64,000 nucleotides of DNA. Source: Candidatus Latescibacterota bacterium (lineage in GTDB: Bacteria; Latescibacterota; UBA2968; GCA-2709665). The stretch spans positions 1,408,001 through 1,472,000 of the forward strand of contig OZ244744.1 of the NCBI GenBank assembly GCA_965219455.1, written 5' to 3'. Positions 41,701-50,890 of this stretch are shown here, piece by piece. Made by a program: the position numbers and the translations under genes. The number at the start of each line of letters is the position of its first letter. Positions within the stretch are counted from its first letter, which is position 1. The notes beneath the pieces are model-generated. The model had not been told where the DNA came from and made no database searches. It saw only the letters and a program-made list of their open reading frames with translations.

Positions 41701-44700
41701 CGGTCGGGCCTGAGCTGGTCTGCGGGGCAGACCGTCACGATTCGTGTGCGCCCGCGGACGCTGAGCGTCGCGGATGCCTCGGACGCCGAGAACGATGGGG
41801 AAGTGGAATTCACGGTGACGCTGTCGGAAGCGGCCGCAGAGGAGGTGACGGCGACCTGGACGGCCTCGATCAAGTTCGGCGACACGGCGGCCGCGGCGGA
41901 CCTCGGGTCGACGAAGACGGGGACGGTGACCGTCGCGATCGGCGACAGGACGCAAACGTTTACGGTGCCGGTGGTGAACGACGCCAGCGACGAGGGCGAC
42001 GAGACCTTCACGGTGACGCTGTCGAGCCCGTCGACGAACGCGAAGCTGGAGACGGACCCGACGGCGAAGGGAACCATCGAGGACGACGACCCGACGCCGA
42101 CCGTGACGGTGGCCAACGCGTCGGCGACCGAGGGTGACGCGGTGGAGTTCGTGGTGACGCTGTCGGCGGTGAGCGGCCGCGACGTGATGGTGGACTACGC
42201 GACGTCGGTGGCGACCGGAGACGACGCCACCGCGGGCGTGGACTTCACGACGAAGAGCGGCACGCTGACCATCGCGGCGGCCGACAATACCGCCACCGGG
42301 ACGATCGAGGTCCAGACGACGGACGACGACGCGAGCGAGAGCGCCGAGACCTTCACGCTGACGATTTCAAACCCGGATAACGCGACGCTGACCACGGACA
42401 CCACCGCGACGGGCACGATCAACAACCGGGCGACGGCGGCGGCGGAACTGGTCGGCAACACTACGCAAACCACTACCTTCGAGCAGACCACCGTTGGATC
42501 AATCAGCTTCGCTGTCGGTTTTCAGACTGGCGATGACACTGGCGGCTACGCGCTCACCGCGCTCGATTTGATGTTTAGCGCCAAGCCGGTCGTTCCCGTT
42601 ACGGTGTCTCTTTGGGACGGGTATCGACCAGGTGGTAATGATGCTGGAGATGATGATTGGCGACCGAATAATAAATATTTCGAGTTCGATAATCCAGCGG
42701 CATTCAAAGACGGTAACAACCAAATCAACAGCTTCACTCCGCCCGAGCCCTTTTACCTGCACGACGATCGGGTCTACTTCGTGGTCATCGAATCAGATGG
42801 CTCGGGCAGCACGGAATATTACATAACGAACACTGACGCGGACGGTCAAAGCCGCGTTGACAGCAACTGGTGGATCCTTAACTCAGCCGTGCGATACCAA
42901 GATCCAAGCAACCCCGACGACCCGTGGCCGGACTCCGTCACGCAAACCCCGACGCGGATTCCTGTCTTCACGATCCACGGCTACGATCTCGACCGGCTTA
43001 CCTACACCACCAGTGAGAGTGATCAGGACAACTTTAAGGTGGGTGAAGACAACTATAACTGGTGGGCTCAGAGTTTTAATGTCATCCAGGGGGCTGACAG
43101 CTTCATCGGCTTCAAACTGCACAGCGTTGCATTGGCCCTTGAATACATTGCATCCGCCGACTCAGGTATACCGGACAGCCCGGACGAAATCAGCGTGTCG
43201 CTTTACACCGGAAAACAAGAAGGAGGCCCATCAAGCGATCCGGTTCCCGACGAAAAATTGTTCGACTTTCGCGATCCACCGGCGTTCAGAGAAGGCCATG
43301 ACAACGCATTCACGGCGCCGGAAGGAACGACGCTCAGACCACAGGGGAGGTATGCGATCGTAATCCAACGTCACAGTGGCGGTTGGATACGACTCCGGAA
43401 CACAGCCAGCAACGACCAGGATGGGAACAGTAACATCTTTGTGGCCAATGAGTCACAGAAGTCCAGGGACGGAACAAACTGGAGTGGCGAGAATTGGGTG
43501 GTGAAGATGCTCGTTTACGGCAAACAGCGCACCGAAGCGATACCTCTCTCGACCGGCCCAACGACGCTGAGCGGGCTGTCGCTGGGCACGGGGGTGACGC
43601 TGAGCCCGGCCTTCGCCTCGGGCACGGTCACCTACACGGCGTCGGTCGCCAACAGCGTCGACGAGGTGACGGTGACGCCGACGACGAACCACGCCAGCGC
43701 GACGGTCGAGATTCTAGACACGGACGACAACGAGCTCGACGACGCGGACGACATGGAGGACGACTTCCAGGTGGCGCTGTCGGTGGGCGACACCGTCATC
43801 AAGGTGAAGGTGACGGCCGAGGGCAGCACCTCGACGCAGACCTACACGGTGACCGTGACGCGCGACGACTTTCCCAACGACAACAACACCACCGGCGAGG
43901 TCGAGGTGGGCGGCACAGTAACGGGCAACATCGGGACGGTCGGCGACTACGACCGGTTCAAAGTGGAACTGGAGGCGGGTACGCGATACCAGTTGGATCT
44001 GGAGGGCGCGGACACCGGCCGCGGCACCCTGGCGGACCCGCACCTGGGCCTCTACGACAATATCGGGAGCCACCTTCAGGGTGACAACGGCCAACAGGGC
44101 GACGACAACAGCGGCGTCGGCGCCAACGCCCGGATGATCTACACCCCGGACGCGTCCGGCGACTTCTACCCAGTGGTGACCGAAATCAATGACAATCTTA
44201 CAGGCACCTACACGCTGTCGGTGATCGTGCTGGGCGCGAACGGCGTCTCGGAGGCCGACACGGACTTTCCCGCCGGCAACACGACCTCTGGCCGCGTCGA
44301 GGTCGGCGCATCGGCCACGGGCAACATCGCCAGCACATCGGATCAAGACTGGTTCCGCGTCGATCTGGAGGCCGGCAAGGTCTACCAGATCGACCTGGAG
44401 GGTGCGGCGACCGGCCGCGGCAGCTTGTTAGACCCGTACCTGAGGCTCTTGGACGGGTCCGGAAACCTCATCGAGAACCACGACGACATCAGCACCGCGA
44501 ACCTAAACAGCCAGTTGGTCTTCACGCCGACCGCGGCCGGCACCTACTACCTGGTTGTCAAGACCTCCGGCCCCACTACTGGCACCTACACGCTGTCGGT
44601 GCGTGACACGGCGACGCCCGACGATCCCCCGGACGATTCCGGCAATGTCCCGGAGCCCGTCACCGACCTCCTGAGCAACCTCGGGCAAGCCACCAACACG

Positions 44701-45918
44701 AATTTTGCACTAGCCATTGGCACTTTTGAGAACGCCCAGGGGTTCACCACCGGCTCAGGTAGCCATGGATACTTCCTGGCCAGCATCAAATTGGATGTGA
44801 ACGCGGTCCCCAGAACCCCGGCCGACGTCACGGTCTCGCTGTGGTCCGCGACCAGCGACTCCCCACCGGAGCCCGACGCCGCGGTCGCCACGCTGACGCA
44901 TTCCACGGGTACCTGGGCCACCGGCGTCAACACGTTCAACGCCCCAGGGGGCACGGTACTGGACCCCGGCACGACGTACTTTGTGGTTGCGTCCTACAGC
45001 GGCGCTCGGGCGCATCTCGGCCTACGCCCAACGGCTTCAGGTTCCGCTGACGACAATTCGACGGGATGGAGCGTCGCCGGTGCGCGGCTAACCCGTAATC
45101 GCACCGACGTAGGCGATTGGTTGAGACGAGGCGGCGAGTATACAAAGTTCAGCGTCAGCGGCGCGGCCGTCCACGCGCAAGGGGTCGCCGAGGGCGCCAC
45201 CGACCTGCCCGCCGACACCTCCACCGGCGGCGTGGTCGAGGTGGACGGGTTCGGGGCCAGGGGCGCCATCTACAAACCGATCCATAGGCCAGATAACTAC
45301 CACGACTTCGACACCGACTGGTTCGCGGTGGAGCTGGAGGCGGGCAAGACCTACCGGATCGACATGAAGGGCGCGATTCTCGTCGCCCCCGGCACCTACG
45401 CCGACGACGAGCTCACCCTGTTCCTCCCGCAGATCAACGCGATCTACGATGCGGACGGGGGCTACCTGTTCAACACGTGGTCCCGCGACGAATCAAGCGC
45501 CCACCACCTGTTCCGTGTGACGTTTCACGCCCATGCCGGTGGCACCTATTACATCGCGGCGAGCGGCGAGTCGTTCGAGTGGGGCGGCTACGAGCTGACG
45601 GTGATACTCGCCCCGGGGTCCAAGCCGGCGCTCGCGGACGGGCCGCCGGGCCTGGCGCCGAATGCGCCCAACCCCTTCAACGCCAGCACCCTCATTCCCT
45701 ACCGCCTGGATGCGTCCGGACCGGTGCGCCTGGAGATCTACAACCTCCTCGGGCAGTCCATTCGCACCCTGGTGGACGAGGTGCAGGCCGCCGCCGCCTA
45801 CCGGGTGTCCTGGGACGCCCGCGACGCAGCGGGGCGGCGCGTGTCCTCGGGGGTGTACTTCATCCGCCTGCACTATCCGGGCGGCGTGCAGACCCGGCGC
45901 ATGCTCTACCTCGAGTAG
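38737..45918 (+). CDS. Array gene E: 2393-aa secreted protein (FN3, PPC-like, cadherin-like beta-sandwich, Calx-beta, choice-of-anchor-R-like, sorting domain)
   Basis: GAAGGAG RBS, signal peptide, N-terminus paralogous to gene D, internal duplication (~40287-41100 vs ~43563-44400), shared C-terminal domain. Confidence 0.9.
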   Translation: MMIRTGRRRFSILFAAIAALALLFPVQAQEGSAPAKPRGLSATASHDQVVLTWDDPGDDSITGYVILRRNRQTDRKGEFRELVPDTGTAATSYTDDRVAAGTPYTYRIKAINKHGVSERSRWFHVDTPAAPERPDKPRGLDATATHDQVVLTWDDPGDDSITGYVILRRVRVNNTGGEFSELVEDTGTAATTYTDATVKANTTYTYRIKAINKHGVSERSRWFHIDTPAAPEAVEGDAPDEQDGGAPGHATPPGPGGRANVSEGNTDLPEGTTTTGEVDVGGSVTGNVDRDADVDWFRVELEADTRYQFDVEGADTGRGNLADPFLWGLYDAGGQAISGARSNDGGVGKNGRVIYTPTADGTYYIAVSGTATTTGTYTLSVIVLGANGVSEADTDFPATTATTGRVDVGASVTGTISNADYDYFRVDLEAGKTYQFDLEGADSGRGTLVDPFLSLYDGSATFLLADDDSGTNLNSQMVYNAASAGAHYLRATTGAANLTGTYTLSVGGETPMLSTDATLSGLSLGTGVTLSPAFASGTVTYTASVANSVDEVTVTPTTNHASATVEILDTDDMEDDFQVALSVGDTVIKVKVTAEDGTSTQTYTVTVTRDDFPNDNNTTGEVEVGGTVTGNIGTVGDYDRFKVELEAGTRYQLDLEGADTDRGTLADPHLGLYDAIGSHLQGDNGQRGDDNSGVGVNARMIYTPAASGDFYPVVTEINDNRTGTYTLSVIVLGANGASEADTDFPADNTTSGRVEVGASATGNIGIANDYDWFRVDLEAGKTYQIDLKGIGGGGGTLENPYLLNIRDSSGTEIDGTENDDVDPSNDIYDSQTVYTPTAAGTYYLVAVSGVTGGTGTYTLSVRDITTPPCTLNTGDIWCGAVTVAEIKTADDALVGHGFVDGGGLSAGSLAGYPDETVFSVGDNDYTIQGAYIQVPTAEHLTGTLSVVLTADLTDDDKAGLLLPVDGTTTPFEFSDAAKGGTTGLYSWGRSGLSWSAGQTVTIRVRPRTLSVADASDAENDGEVEFTVTLSEAAAEEVTATWTASIKFGDTAAAADLGSTKTGTVTVAIGDRTQTFTVPVVNDASDEGDETFTVTLSSPSTNAKLETDPTAKGTIEDDDPTPTVTVANASATEGDAVEFVVTLSAVSGRDVMVDYATSVATGDDATAGVDFTTKSGTLTIAAADNTATGTIEVQTTDDDASESAETFTLTISNPDNATLTTDTTATGTINNRATAAAELVGNTTQTTTFEQTTVGSISFAVGFQTGDDTGGYALTALDLMFSAKPVVPVTVSLWDGYRPGGNDAGDDDWRPNNKYFEFDNPAAFKDGNNQINSFTPPEPFYLHDDRVYFVVIESDGSGSTEYYITNTDADGQSRVDSNWWILNSAVRYQDPSNPDDPWPDSVTQTPTRIPVFTIHGYDLDRLTYTTSESDQDNFKVGEDNYNWWAQSFNVIQGADSFIGFKLHSVALALEYIASADSGIPDSPDEISVSLYTGKQEGGPSSDPVPDEKLFDFRDPPAFREGHDNAFTAPEGTTLRPQGRYAIVIQRHSGGWIRLRNTASNDQDGNSNIFVANESQKSRDGTNWSGENWVVKMLVYGKQRTEAIPLSTGPTTLSGLSLGTGVTLSPAFASGTVTYTASVANSVDEVTVTPTTNHASATVEILDTDDNELDDADDMEDDFQVALSVGDTVIKVKVTAEGSTSTQTYTVTVTRDDFPNDNNTTGEVEVGGTVTGNIGTVGDYDRFKVELEAGTRYQLDLEGADTGRGTLADPHLGLYDNIGSHLQGDNGQQGDDNSGVGANARMIYTPDASGDFYPVVTEINDNLTGTYTLSVIVLGANGVSEADTDFPAGNTTSGRVEVGASATGNIASTSDQDWFRVDLEAGKVYQIDLEGAATGRGSLLDPYLRLLDGSGNLIENHDDISTANLNSQLVFTPTAAGTYYLVVKTSGPTTGTYTLSVRDTATPDDPPDDSGNVPEPVTDLLSNLGQATNTNFALAIGTFENAQGFTTGSGSHGYFLASIKLDVNAVPRTPADVTVSLWSATSDSPPEPDAAVATLTHSTGTWATGVNTFNAPGGTVLDPGTTYFVVASYSGARAHLGLRPTASGSADDNSTGWSVAGARLTRNRTDVGDWLRRGGEYTKFSVSGAAVHAQGVAEGATDLPADTSTGGVVEVDGFGARGAIYKPIHRPDNYHDFDTDWFAVELEAGKTYRIDMKGAILVAPGTYADDELTLFLPQINAIYDADGGYLFNTWSRDESSAHHLFRVTFHAHAGGTYYIAASGESFEWGGYELTVILAPGSKPALADGPPGLAPNAPNPFNASTLIPYRLDASGPVRLEIYNLLGQSIRTLVDEVQAAAAYRVSWDARDAAGRRVSSGVYFIRLHYPGGVQTRRMLYLE

Positions 45919-45939
45919 GCCCGGCATGGAGATCGCCGG
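45613..45939 (+). repeat. Junction repeat J5 (truncated ~20 nt after the stop; end of array)
   Basis: Matches J1-J4 through TAGGCCCGGCATGGAGATCGCCG, then diverges into a GCCGG..CACC/GGTG..CCGGC hairpin. Confidence 0.85.
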
Positions 45940-46150
45940 AGAAGCACCCGGTGTCTCCCCCGGCATCGGACGCCTTTTCATGCGCCCGTAGCGCACGGTA
46001 GGATGGGACTCGTGCGGAACAGAAAACTCGTTGCATCGCAATGATTTTTCCGGGAGCACCCATGTTTCGGGTTGTCTGACCGAGGCGTTTTGTTTTAATT
46101 CTGGCTGTTCTGAGAAATCCAATTTCACAGCCTTATCAAAGGAGCGTACA

Positions 46151-48676
46151 ATGCAACGCAAACATCGTCTTTTGTCTCTTTTACTCGGCACGGCCGCCAT
46201 GCTCGTTCCGTATGAACCCGCCGTGTCGCAGGAAACGCCGCGTTCCGAAAGCACGGATACGACGTCTGTCCTCGACCAGGTGATCGTCCTCGAAGAATTG
46301 GTGGTCATCGGCTCCCGGGCAAAACCGCGTTCCGTCATCGAATCGGCCGTTCCCGTCGACGTGGTCAGCGGCGCACAGATCGTCAAACAAGGCGAAGCCG
46401 ATCTGCAGAATCTGGTGAGAACGGTTGTGCCTTCCTTCAATGTCAACACCCAGCCCATCAGTGACGCCTCCACTCTCGTACGTCCTGCCAATCTGCGCGG
46501 CCTCGCGCCCGACCACACGCTGGTCCTCATCAACGGCAAACGCCGCCACCGCAGCTCTCTCGTCGTTTGGCACGGCAATGGCGTATCGGACGGCGCGCAA
46601 GGGGCCGACATATCGGTCATTCCGGCGATTGCCCTGAAACAGGTGGAAGTCCTGCGCGACGGCGCCTCCGCACAATACGGTTCCGACGCCATTGCCGGCG
46701 TGATGAGTTTCCAGCTCAAAGAACACTACCGGGGCGGCTCAATTGAAATCAAGCCCGGTATCTACCAGGCAGGCGATGGTCTTACGTACAGTTTCGCCGG
46801 CAATATCGGCCTGGGAAGAGAAAATGCGTGGGCAAACCTCAGCCTGGAATATGGCAACGCGGATGATACCGATCGATCTGCGCAACGCGACGACGCCAAG
46901 GCGCTCATTGCCGCCGGCAATACCGACGTGGCGGATCCCGCCCAGGTCTGGGGTTCGCCCATCATCAGGAATGACCTTAAATTCTTTGCCAACTACGGCG
47001 GAAACCTGTCGGAACACGCCAAATTCTACGGCTATGCCAACTATGCGAGCAAAGAAGTGGAAGGCGGATTCTTCTTCAGAAATCCCAATACGCGCGGGGG
47101 CGTCTTCAGTGCCGATGGCGGTGAGACATTGCTCGTGGGCAAATTGGACCCCGATGCGCCCGATCCTCCCGTAGTCGCCATAACCGACAACGTGGCGGAT
47201 CCGGACGCGCTCCAACAGGTTTTAGATAATAAAGACGACTATTTCACGTTCCGCGAACGCTTTCCCGGCGGTTTTACCCCCCGATTCGGCGGCACCGCCG
47301 CCGATCAGGCCCTTCTCGCGGGGGTTAAGGGCACCCATTTCGACCCGCTCTGGACATGGGACCTCAGTGCGTATTACGGGAGTCACGAAGCCGACTTCGT
47401 GATCAAGAACACGGTGAATGCCTCTTTGGGACGCAATACCCCCACGGAATTCGATCCCGGAGGCTATATCCAGAAAGACCTCAATTTTAACCTCGACCTT
47501 ACGTTTCCTGTAAGCGATCAGGTCTTCCTGGCTGCCGGTCTCGAATACAGAAATGAGAAATACGAAGTTGTGCGGGGACAACCCGAGTCCTATCAGATAG
47601 GCCCCCTGGCCCCTCAGGGATTCAGTGCTGCGTCCAATGGATTTTCCGGCTTCAGCGATATTGCCGCCGGCGACTGGAGCCGGTCCAATTACGCGGCTTA
47701 TGGGGATGCCGAAATTACCCCGTCGGACAATTGGCTGCTTGGTCTCGCGCTGCGCTATGAAAACTTCAGTGACTTCGGTTCGACCCTCAACTACAAGGCG
47801 GCTACCCACTTCGGCATCACGGAAGAGCTGAAATTGCGCGGCAGTTTCAGCACCTGCTTCAGAGCGCCCACGCCCGGTCAACAGAATTCTTTTAACGTAT
47901 CGACCCGATTCGATCCCGCGTTGAACGACCTGGTCAACATAGGCACCATTCCATCGACCCACGCCGCCTCGGAACTGGTGGGCGGCAAGCCTCTCGACCC
48001 TGAAAAGTCGAGCAACTTCACGGCCGGCTTCATCGTGGACAGGGCAAACTTCAGTTTGACCGTCGATTATTTTCAGATTCACCTGAAGGACCGCCTGGGT
48101 ATTTCAGCGGACTACTCTCTGACCGATGCCCAGCGCGACCCATTGATCGCTTCGGGCATTACCAGCGCCAGAAACATCCAGACCTTCCGTTTCTTCATCA
48201 ACGACTTCGAAACCAGAACCCGCGGCGTCGACGTCGTTTTTGTCGCACCCGCGGGCAATGGCGATGTCAGCCTTGTTTACAACTTCACGGACACGGAAGT
48301 AACCAGGCTCACCGAAACATTGAGCGAGACTCGCGTGCGGCAACTGGAGGAGGCACTTCCCGAAAGCCGTGCCAACGCGACCCTGACGCAGTCTTTCAAC
48401 GACATGTGGGATTCCCTGGTTCGCATGAGCTATTACGATTCCTGGTGGGACAGGGATAACGATCAGACCTATCCCGCCGTGTGGCCGTTGTTCGATATCG
48501 AAACCAGTATCGAACTGAATGCAGAAGTGCGGATCACGCTTGGCTCCCGCAATGTTCTCAATACCTTTCCCGAAGAGAACAAGAACAAAGGTTCCGTGGG
48601 TGAAAAGTACAGCGAGTACACCCCATTTGGTTTCAATGGGGCATTCTGGTACACAAAAGTCCGATACGCCTTTTGA
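46151..48676 (+). CDS. TonB-dependent receptor
   Basis: AAGGAG RBS, signal peptide, TonB-box-like EELVVIGSR, plug LRGLAPDHTLVLINGKRRH..VEVLRDGASAQYGSDAIAGV, C-terminal YTKVRYAF. Confidence 0.95.
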   Translation: MQRKHRLLSLLLGTAAMLVPYEPAVSQETPRSESTDTTSVLDQVIVLEELVVIGSRAKPRSVIESAVPVDVVSGAQIVKQGEADLQNLVRTVVPSFNVNTQPISDASTLVRPANLRGLAPDHTLVLINGKRRHRSSLVVWHGNGVSDGAQGADISVIPAIALKQVEVLRDGASAQYGSDAIAGVMSFQLKEHYRGGSIEIKPGIYQAGDGLTYSFAGNIGLGRENAWANLSLEYGNADDTDRSAQRDDAKALIAAGNTDVADPAQVWGSPIIRNDLKFFANYGGNLSEHAKFYGYANYASKEVEGGFFFRNPNTRGGVFSADGGETLLVGKLDPDAPDPPVVAITDNVADPDALQQVLDNKDDYFTFRERFPGGFTPRFGGTAADQALLAGVKGTHFDPLWTWDLSAYYGSHEADFVIKNTVNASLGRNTPTEFDPGGYIQKDLNFNLDLTFPVSDQVFLAAGLEYRNEKYEVVRGQPESYQIGPLAPQGFSAASNGFSGFSDIAAGDWSRSNYAAYGDAEITPSDNWLLGLALRYENFSDFGSTLNYKAATHFGITEELKLRGSFSTCFRAPTPGQQNSFNVSTRFDPALNDLVNIGTIPSTHAASELVGGKPLDPEKSSNFTAGFIVDRANFSLTVDYFQIHLKDRLGISADYSLTDAQRDPLIASGITSARNIQTFRFFINDFETRTRGVDVVFVAPAGNGDVSLVYNFTDTEVTRLTETLSETRVRQLEEALPESRANATLTQSFNDMWDSLVRMSYYDSWWDRDNDQTYPAVWPLFDIETSIELNAEVRITLGSRNVLNTFPEENKNKGSVGEKYSEYTPFGFNGAFWYTKVRYAF

Positions 48677-48732
48677 CTCCCTGGTATAAACCCCACGTTG
48701 GGAGACTTCAGTGACAAGGCTGTTTGCCTTAG

Positions 48733-48825
48733 CAGCCCGTTGAAAAAGTCCATCCGGTCTGCGGCCGGCTCTTGTGGCCGAATTGATATCGCCGCTGTTT
48801 CCAGACTGCTTTTTCGGACGGGTTG
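48733..48825. mobile_element. Partial/degenerate copy of MITE family 1
   Basis: TTAG|CAGCCCGTTGAAAAAGTCCATCCGG.CTGCG.CCGGCTCTTGTGGCCGAATT matches 5606-5657; possible decayed right end CTTTTTCGGACGGGTTG. Confidence 0.7.
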
Positions 48826-48931
48826 TGGTGCGGCCTGTCTGTTTCCGCCCTTGCGATGGTCATCGAACGGCTCTTCCACATCCGATCTTATCATCGGCGG
48901 CCCCGGCGACCGGCGCCATGACTGCCGTAAT

Positions 48932-49558
48932 TCACCACACGGCCGGATGGCTGCCGGACAGGATGAGCGGCCGGCTGGATTCGGAACGGTACTGCGCCGG
49001 GGTAATCAGTTTGTCTTTCTGGAGATCCAGCAGGAGGCGGTTCCGAAGTTCCAGGGCTTGTTCCGGGTCGTTTACCGGTACCGGCGCATCGGGAAAACGG
49101 GCAAGATGGAAAAGCATGATCGCTTCTCCCGTGGTCAGCCGGCCCGGAGATACGCCGAAATAGGCGCGGGCGGCACGCTTAAAACCCCGCACGAAGGTAT
49201 TTCGAGGCAGGGCGAACGGAGTCCGGTCGAAAAAGAAAGCCAGCAGGCTTTCTTTTTCGTATTTAAGGGAGAGCAGGAGGGCGAAGCCGGTCCGCCTCAA
49301 TCCACCTGAAGGATCCGAACGGCCCGGCGGAACGAGTTGCTCTGCTAGCAAACCGGCCAGTTCGGAGGTGGATAACGAGTCCGCGACGCTGGTCAGGATG
49401 GACGGCAGATCGGATTTCGCGGGGTTCTCCGGCCGGGACCCGAGGAGCTGGTCCAGTTCCCGCGAATACCCGGTGAGGACGACGCCGATGAGCACGGCCA
49501 CGGCCGCCGCCGGAATCAGGACCCGCGGAACGGATCGGACAGAGAGTCCTGCCATCAT
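48932..49558 (-). CDS. Membrane-anchored degenerate transglycosylase-like (GT51-fold) protein
   Basis: ATGA overlap with the upstream gene; N-terminal TM; LSLKYEKESLLAFFF..GFKRAARAYFGVSPGRLTTGEAIML resembles PBP transglycosylase C-motifs; no EDxxF motif. Confidence 0.6.
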   Translation of the reverse strand: MMAGLSVRSVPRVLIPAAAVAVLIGVVLTGYSRELDQLLGSRPENPAKSDLPSILTSVADSLSTSELAGLLAEQLVPPGRSDPSGGLRRTGFALLLSLKYEKESLLAFFFDRTPFALPRNTFVRGFKRAARAYFGVSPGRLTTGEAIMLFHLARFPDAPVPVNDPEQALELRNRLLLDLQKDKLITPAQYRSESSRPLILSGSHPAVW

Positions 49559-50865
49559 CCCTGCTCCAGAATCCAGTCCGCCACGGCGGCGAGATCGTCC
49601 GCGACAAAGTCCACGGTACCGCGCGATATGGACGAGAGTGCATCCCGGCCGGAACCCGTCTTCACAAGGATGTTCGCGCGGCAGCCGGCGTTGCGCCCGG
49701 CATAGACGTCGCTTGTTCGATCGCCGACCATGAAACACGCGGACAGGTCGAGGTTGAGGTCGTCGGCCGCGGCAATCAACATCGCGGGATTGGGTTTGGT
49801 CTCCGGCGTGTCGGTTCGATGTTGCGGAAGCACGGCGCCTGGGCTGCCATATCGGCAGTAGACCCCGTCCAGTTCCACGCCGGAAGATCCGAGCAGGGCG
49901 GCCATGCGGTCGTTCACGGCGCCTACGGTTTCGGTGGTGACGTAACCCTGGCCTACGGCGGTCTGATTCGAAACAACGACGAGGGCGTAACCCGCACGCA
50001 TCAATTTCGAAAGGGATTCCGCCGCGCCGGGAAGCAGGCTGAATCCCTCCGGACCGGTGCGATAAGCGGGCTCGGGGCTGATCGTTCCGTCCCGGTCCAG
50101 AAACACGGCGCTGCCTTTACCCGCAACCGGCGAACGCAGGTCGTGTTCGGTTTGGGAAATACCGGTCTCATCCAGGGTGTAGATACGAAACGGATGGGGC
50201 GGTTCCCCGAACGCGGGGGCATTGGCGAAGTGGACGTGGCCTTCGCGGAAGAGGCTGTCGCCTTTGTGATAGTGTCCGCTCAGCACGAGGCGGACGCGGC
50301 TGTCGGCCAGAAGCGCCGCCTTGAGGCTTCCGGCCTCGCGGTAAGCGTGGGGATAGCCGCCCGTACGCCCGGGCGCAACGAGGTAGTGCTGGAGGTGGAT
50401 CTGCGGGCGCGGATCGTCGTCGTTCAGCGCGGCGAGAAACCGTTCGCGCTGCGCCCCCATGCGCTGTGGAAAGTGGTCTTCCACTTCGTCGTCTAAAAAG
50501 ATCAGGACCCGATGGACCCCGACATGGAAGTCCACGGGCAGGTCGCCGAAGACGCTGTGAAAGGATCCCGGATGGTCGTGGTTGCCGTAGAGCCAGGCGA
50601 CCGGACAGGTCAGCGGCGCGAAGCATTCCCGGACAAGATGGAGGTCCCTCACGCTGAGGGCGATAAGTTCCGGATCGTGCATCCCGTAAAAGGGATGGTC
50701 CACCAGGTCGCCGGTGACCACGACGAGATCGGGAGATTCCGCGCGAATGCGTTCCACCGCCTGTGATATGAGGCCAGGCATGCGCCGGCTCAGGCGTTGG
50801 GATATCGTGGAAGTACCCGGAAGATGATGGCGGAGATGGAAGTCGGAAATGTGGGCGATTTTCAT
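49555..50865 (-). CDS. Calcineurin-like metallophosphoesterase fused to HAD-IIIA GmhB-like phosphatase
   Basis: HISDFH, TGDLVD, GNHD and SGHYH motifs, then FLDRDGTI, VVSNQ, KPNPAM and MVGDRTSD. Confidence 0.88.
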   Translation of the reverse strand: MKIAHISDFHLRHHLPGTSTISQRLSRRMPGLISQAVERIRAESPDLVVVTGDLVDHPFYGMHDPELIALSVRDLHLVRECFAPLTCPVAWLYGNHDHPGSFHSVFGDLPVDFHVGVHRVLIFLDDEVEDHFPQRMGAQRERFLAALNDDDPRPQIHLQHYLVAPGRTGGYPHAYREAGSLKAALLADSRVRLVLSGHYHKGDSLFREGHVHFANAPAFGEPPHPFRIYTLDETGISQTEHDLRSPVAGKGSAVFLDRDGTISPEPAYRTGPEGFSLLPGAAESLSKLMRAGYALVVVSNQTAVGQGYVTTETVGAVNDRMAALLGSSGVELDGVYCRYGSPGAVLPQHRTDTPETKPNPAMLIAAADDLNLDLSACFMVGDRTSDVYAGRNAGCRANILVKTGSGRDALSSISRGTVDFVADDLAAVADWILEQG

Positions 50866-50890
50866 TAAAACGTCCACGGGAAAAAAGTGA

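Noticed and set aside
2649-45918. CRISPR array
   Set aside because: All periodic repeats (72, ~126, ~612 bp) are in-frame protein repeats; there is no short repeat-unique spacer structure and no cas genes.
16733-45939. Junction repeats as integron attC sites
   Set aside because: The CCTCAAC..GTTGCCA pair is under 40 bp apart, lacks L boxes, the repeat extends deep into coding sequence, and no integron integrase is present.
47850-47870. TonB receptor STCFRAP instead of the usual STGFRAP
   Set aside because: Single substitution in an otherwise intact gene; uninformative without reads or homologs.
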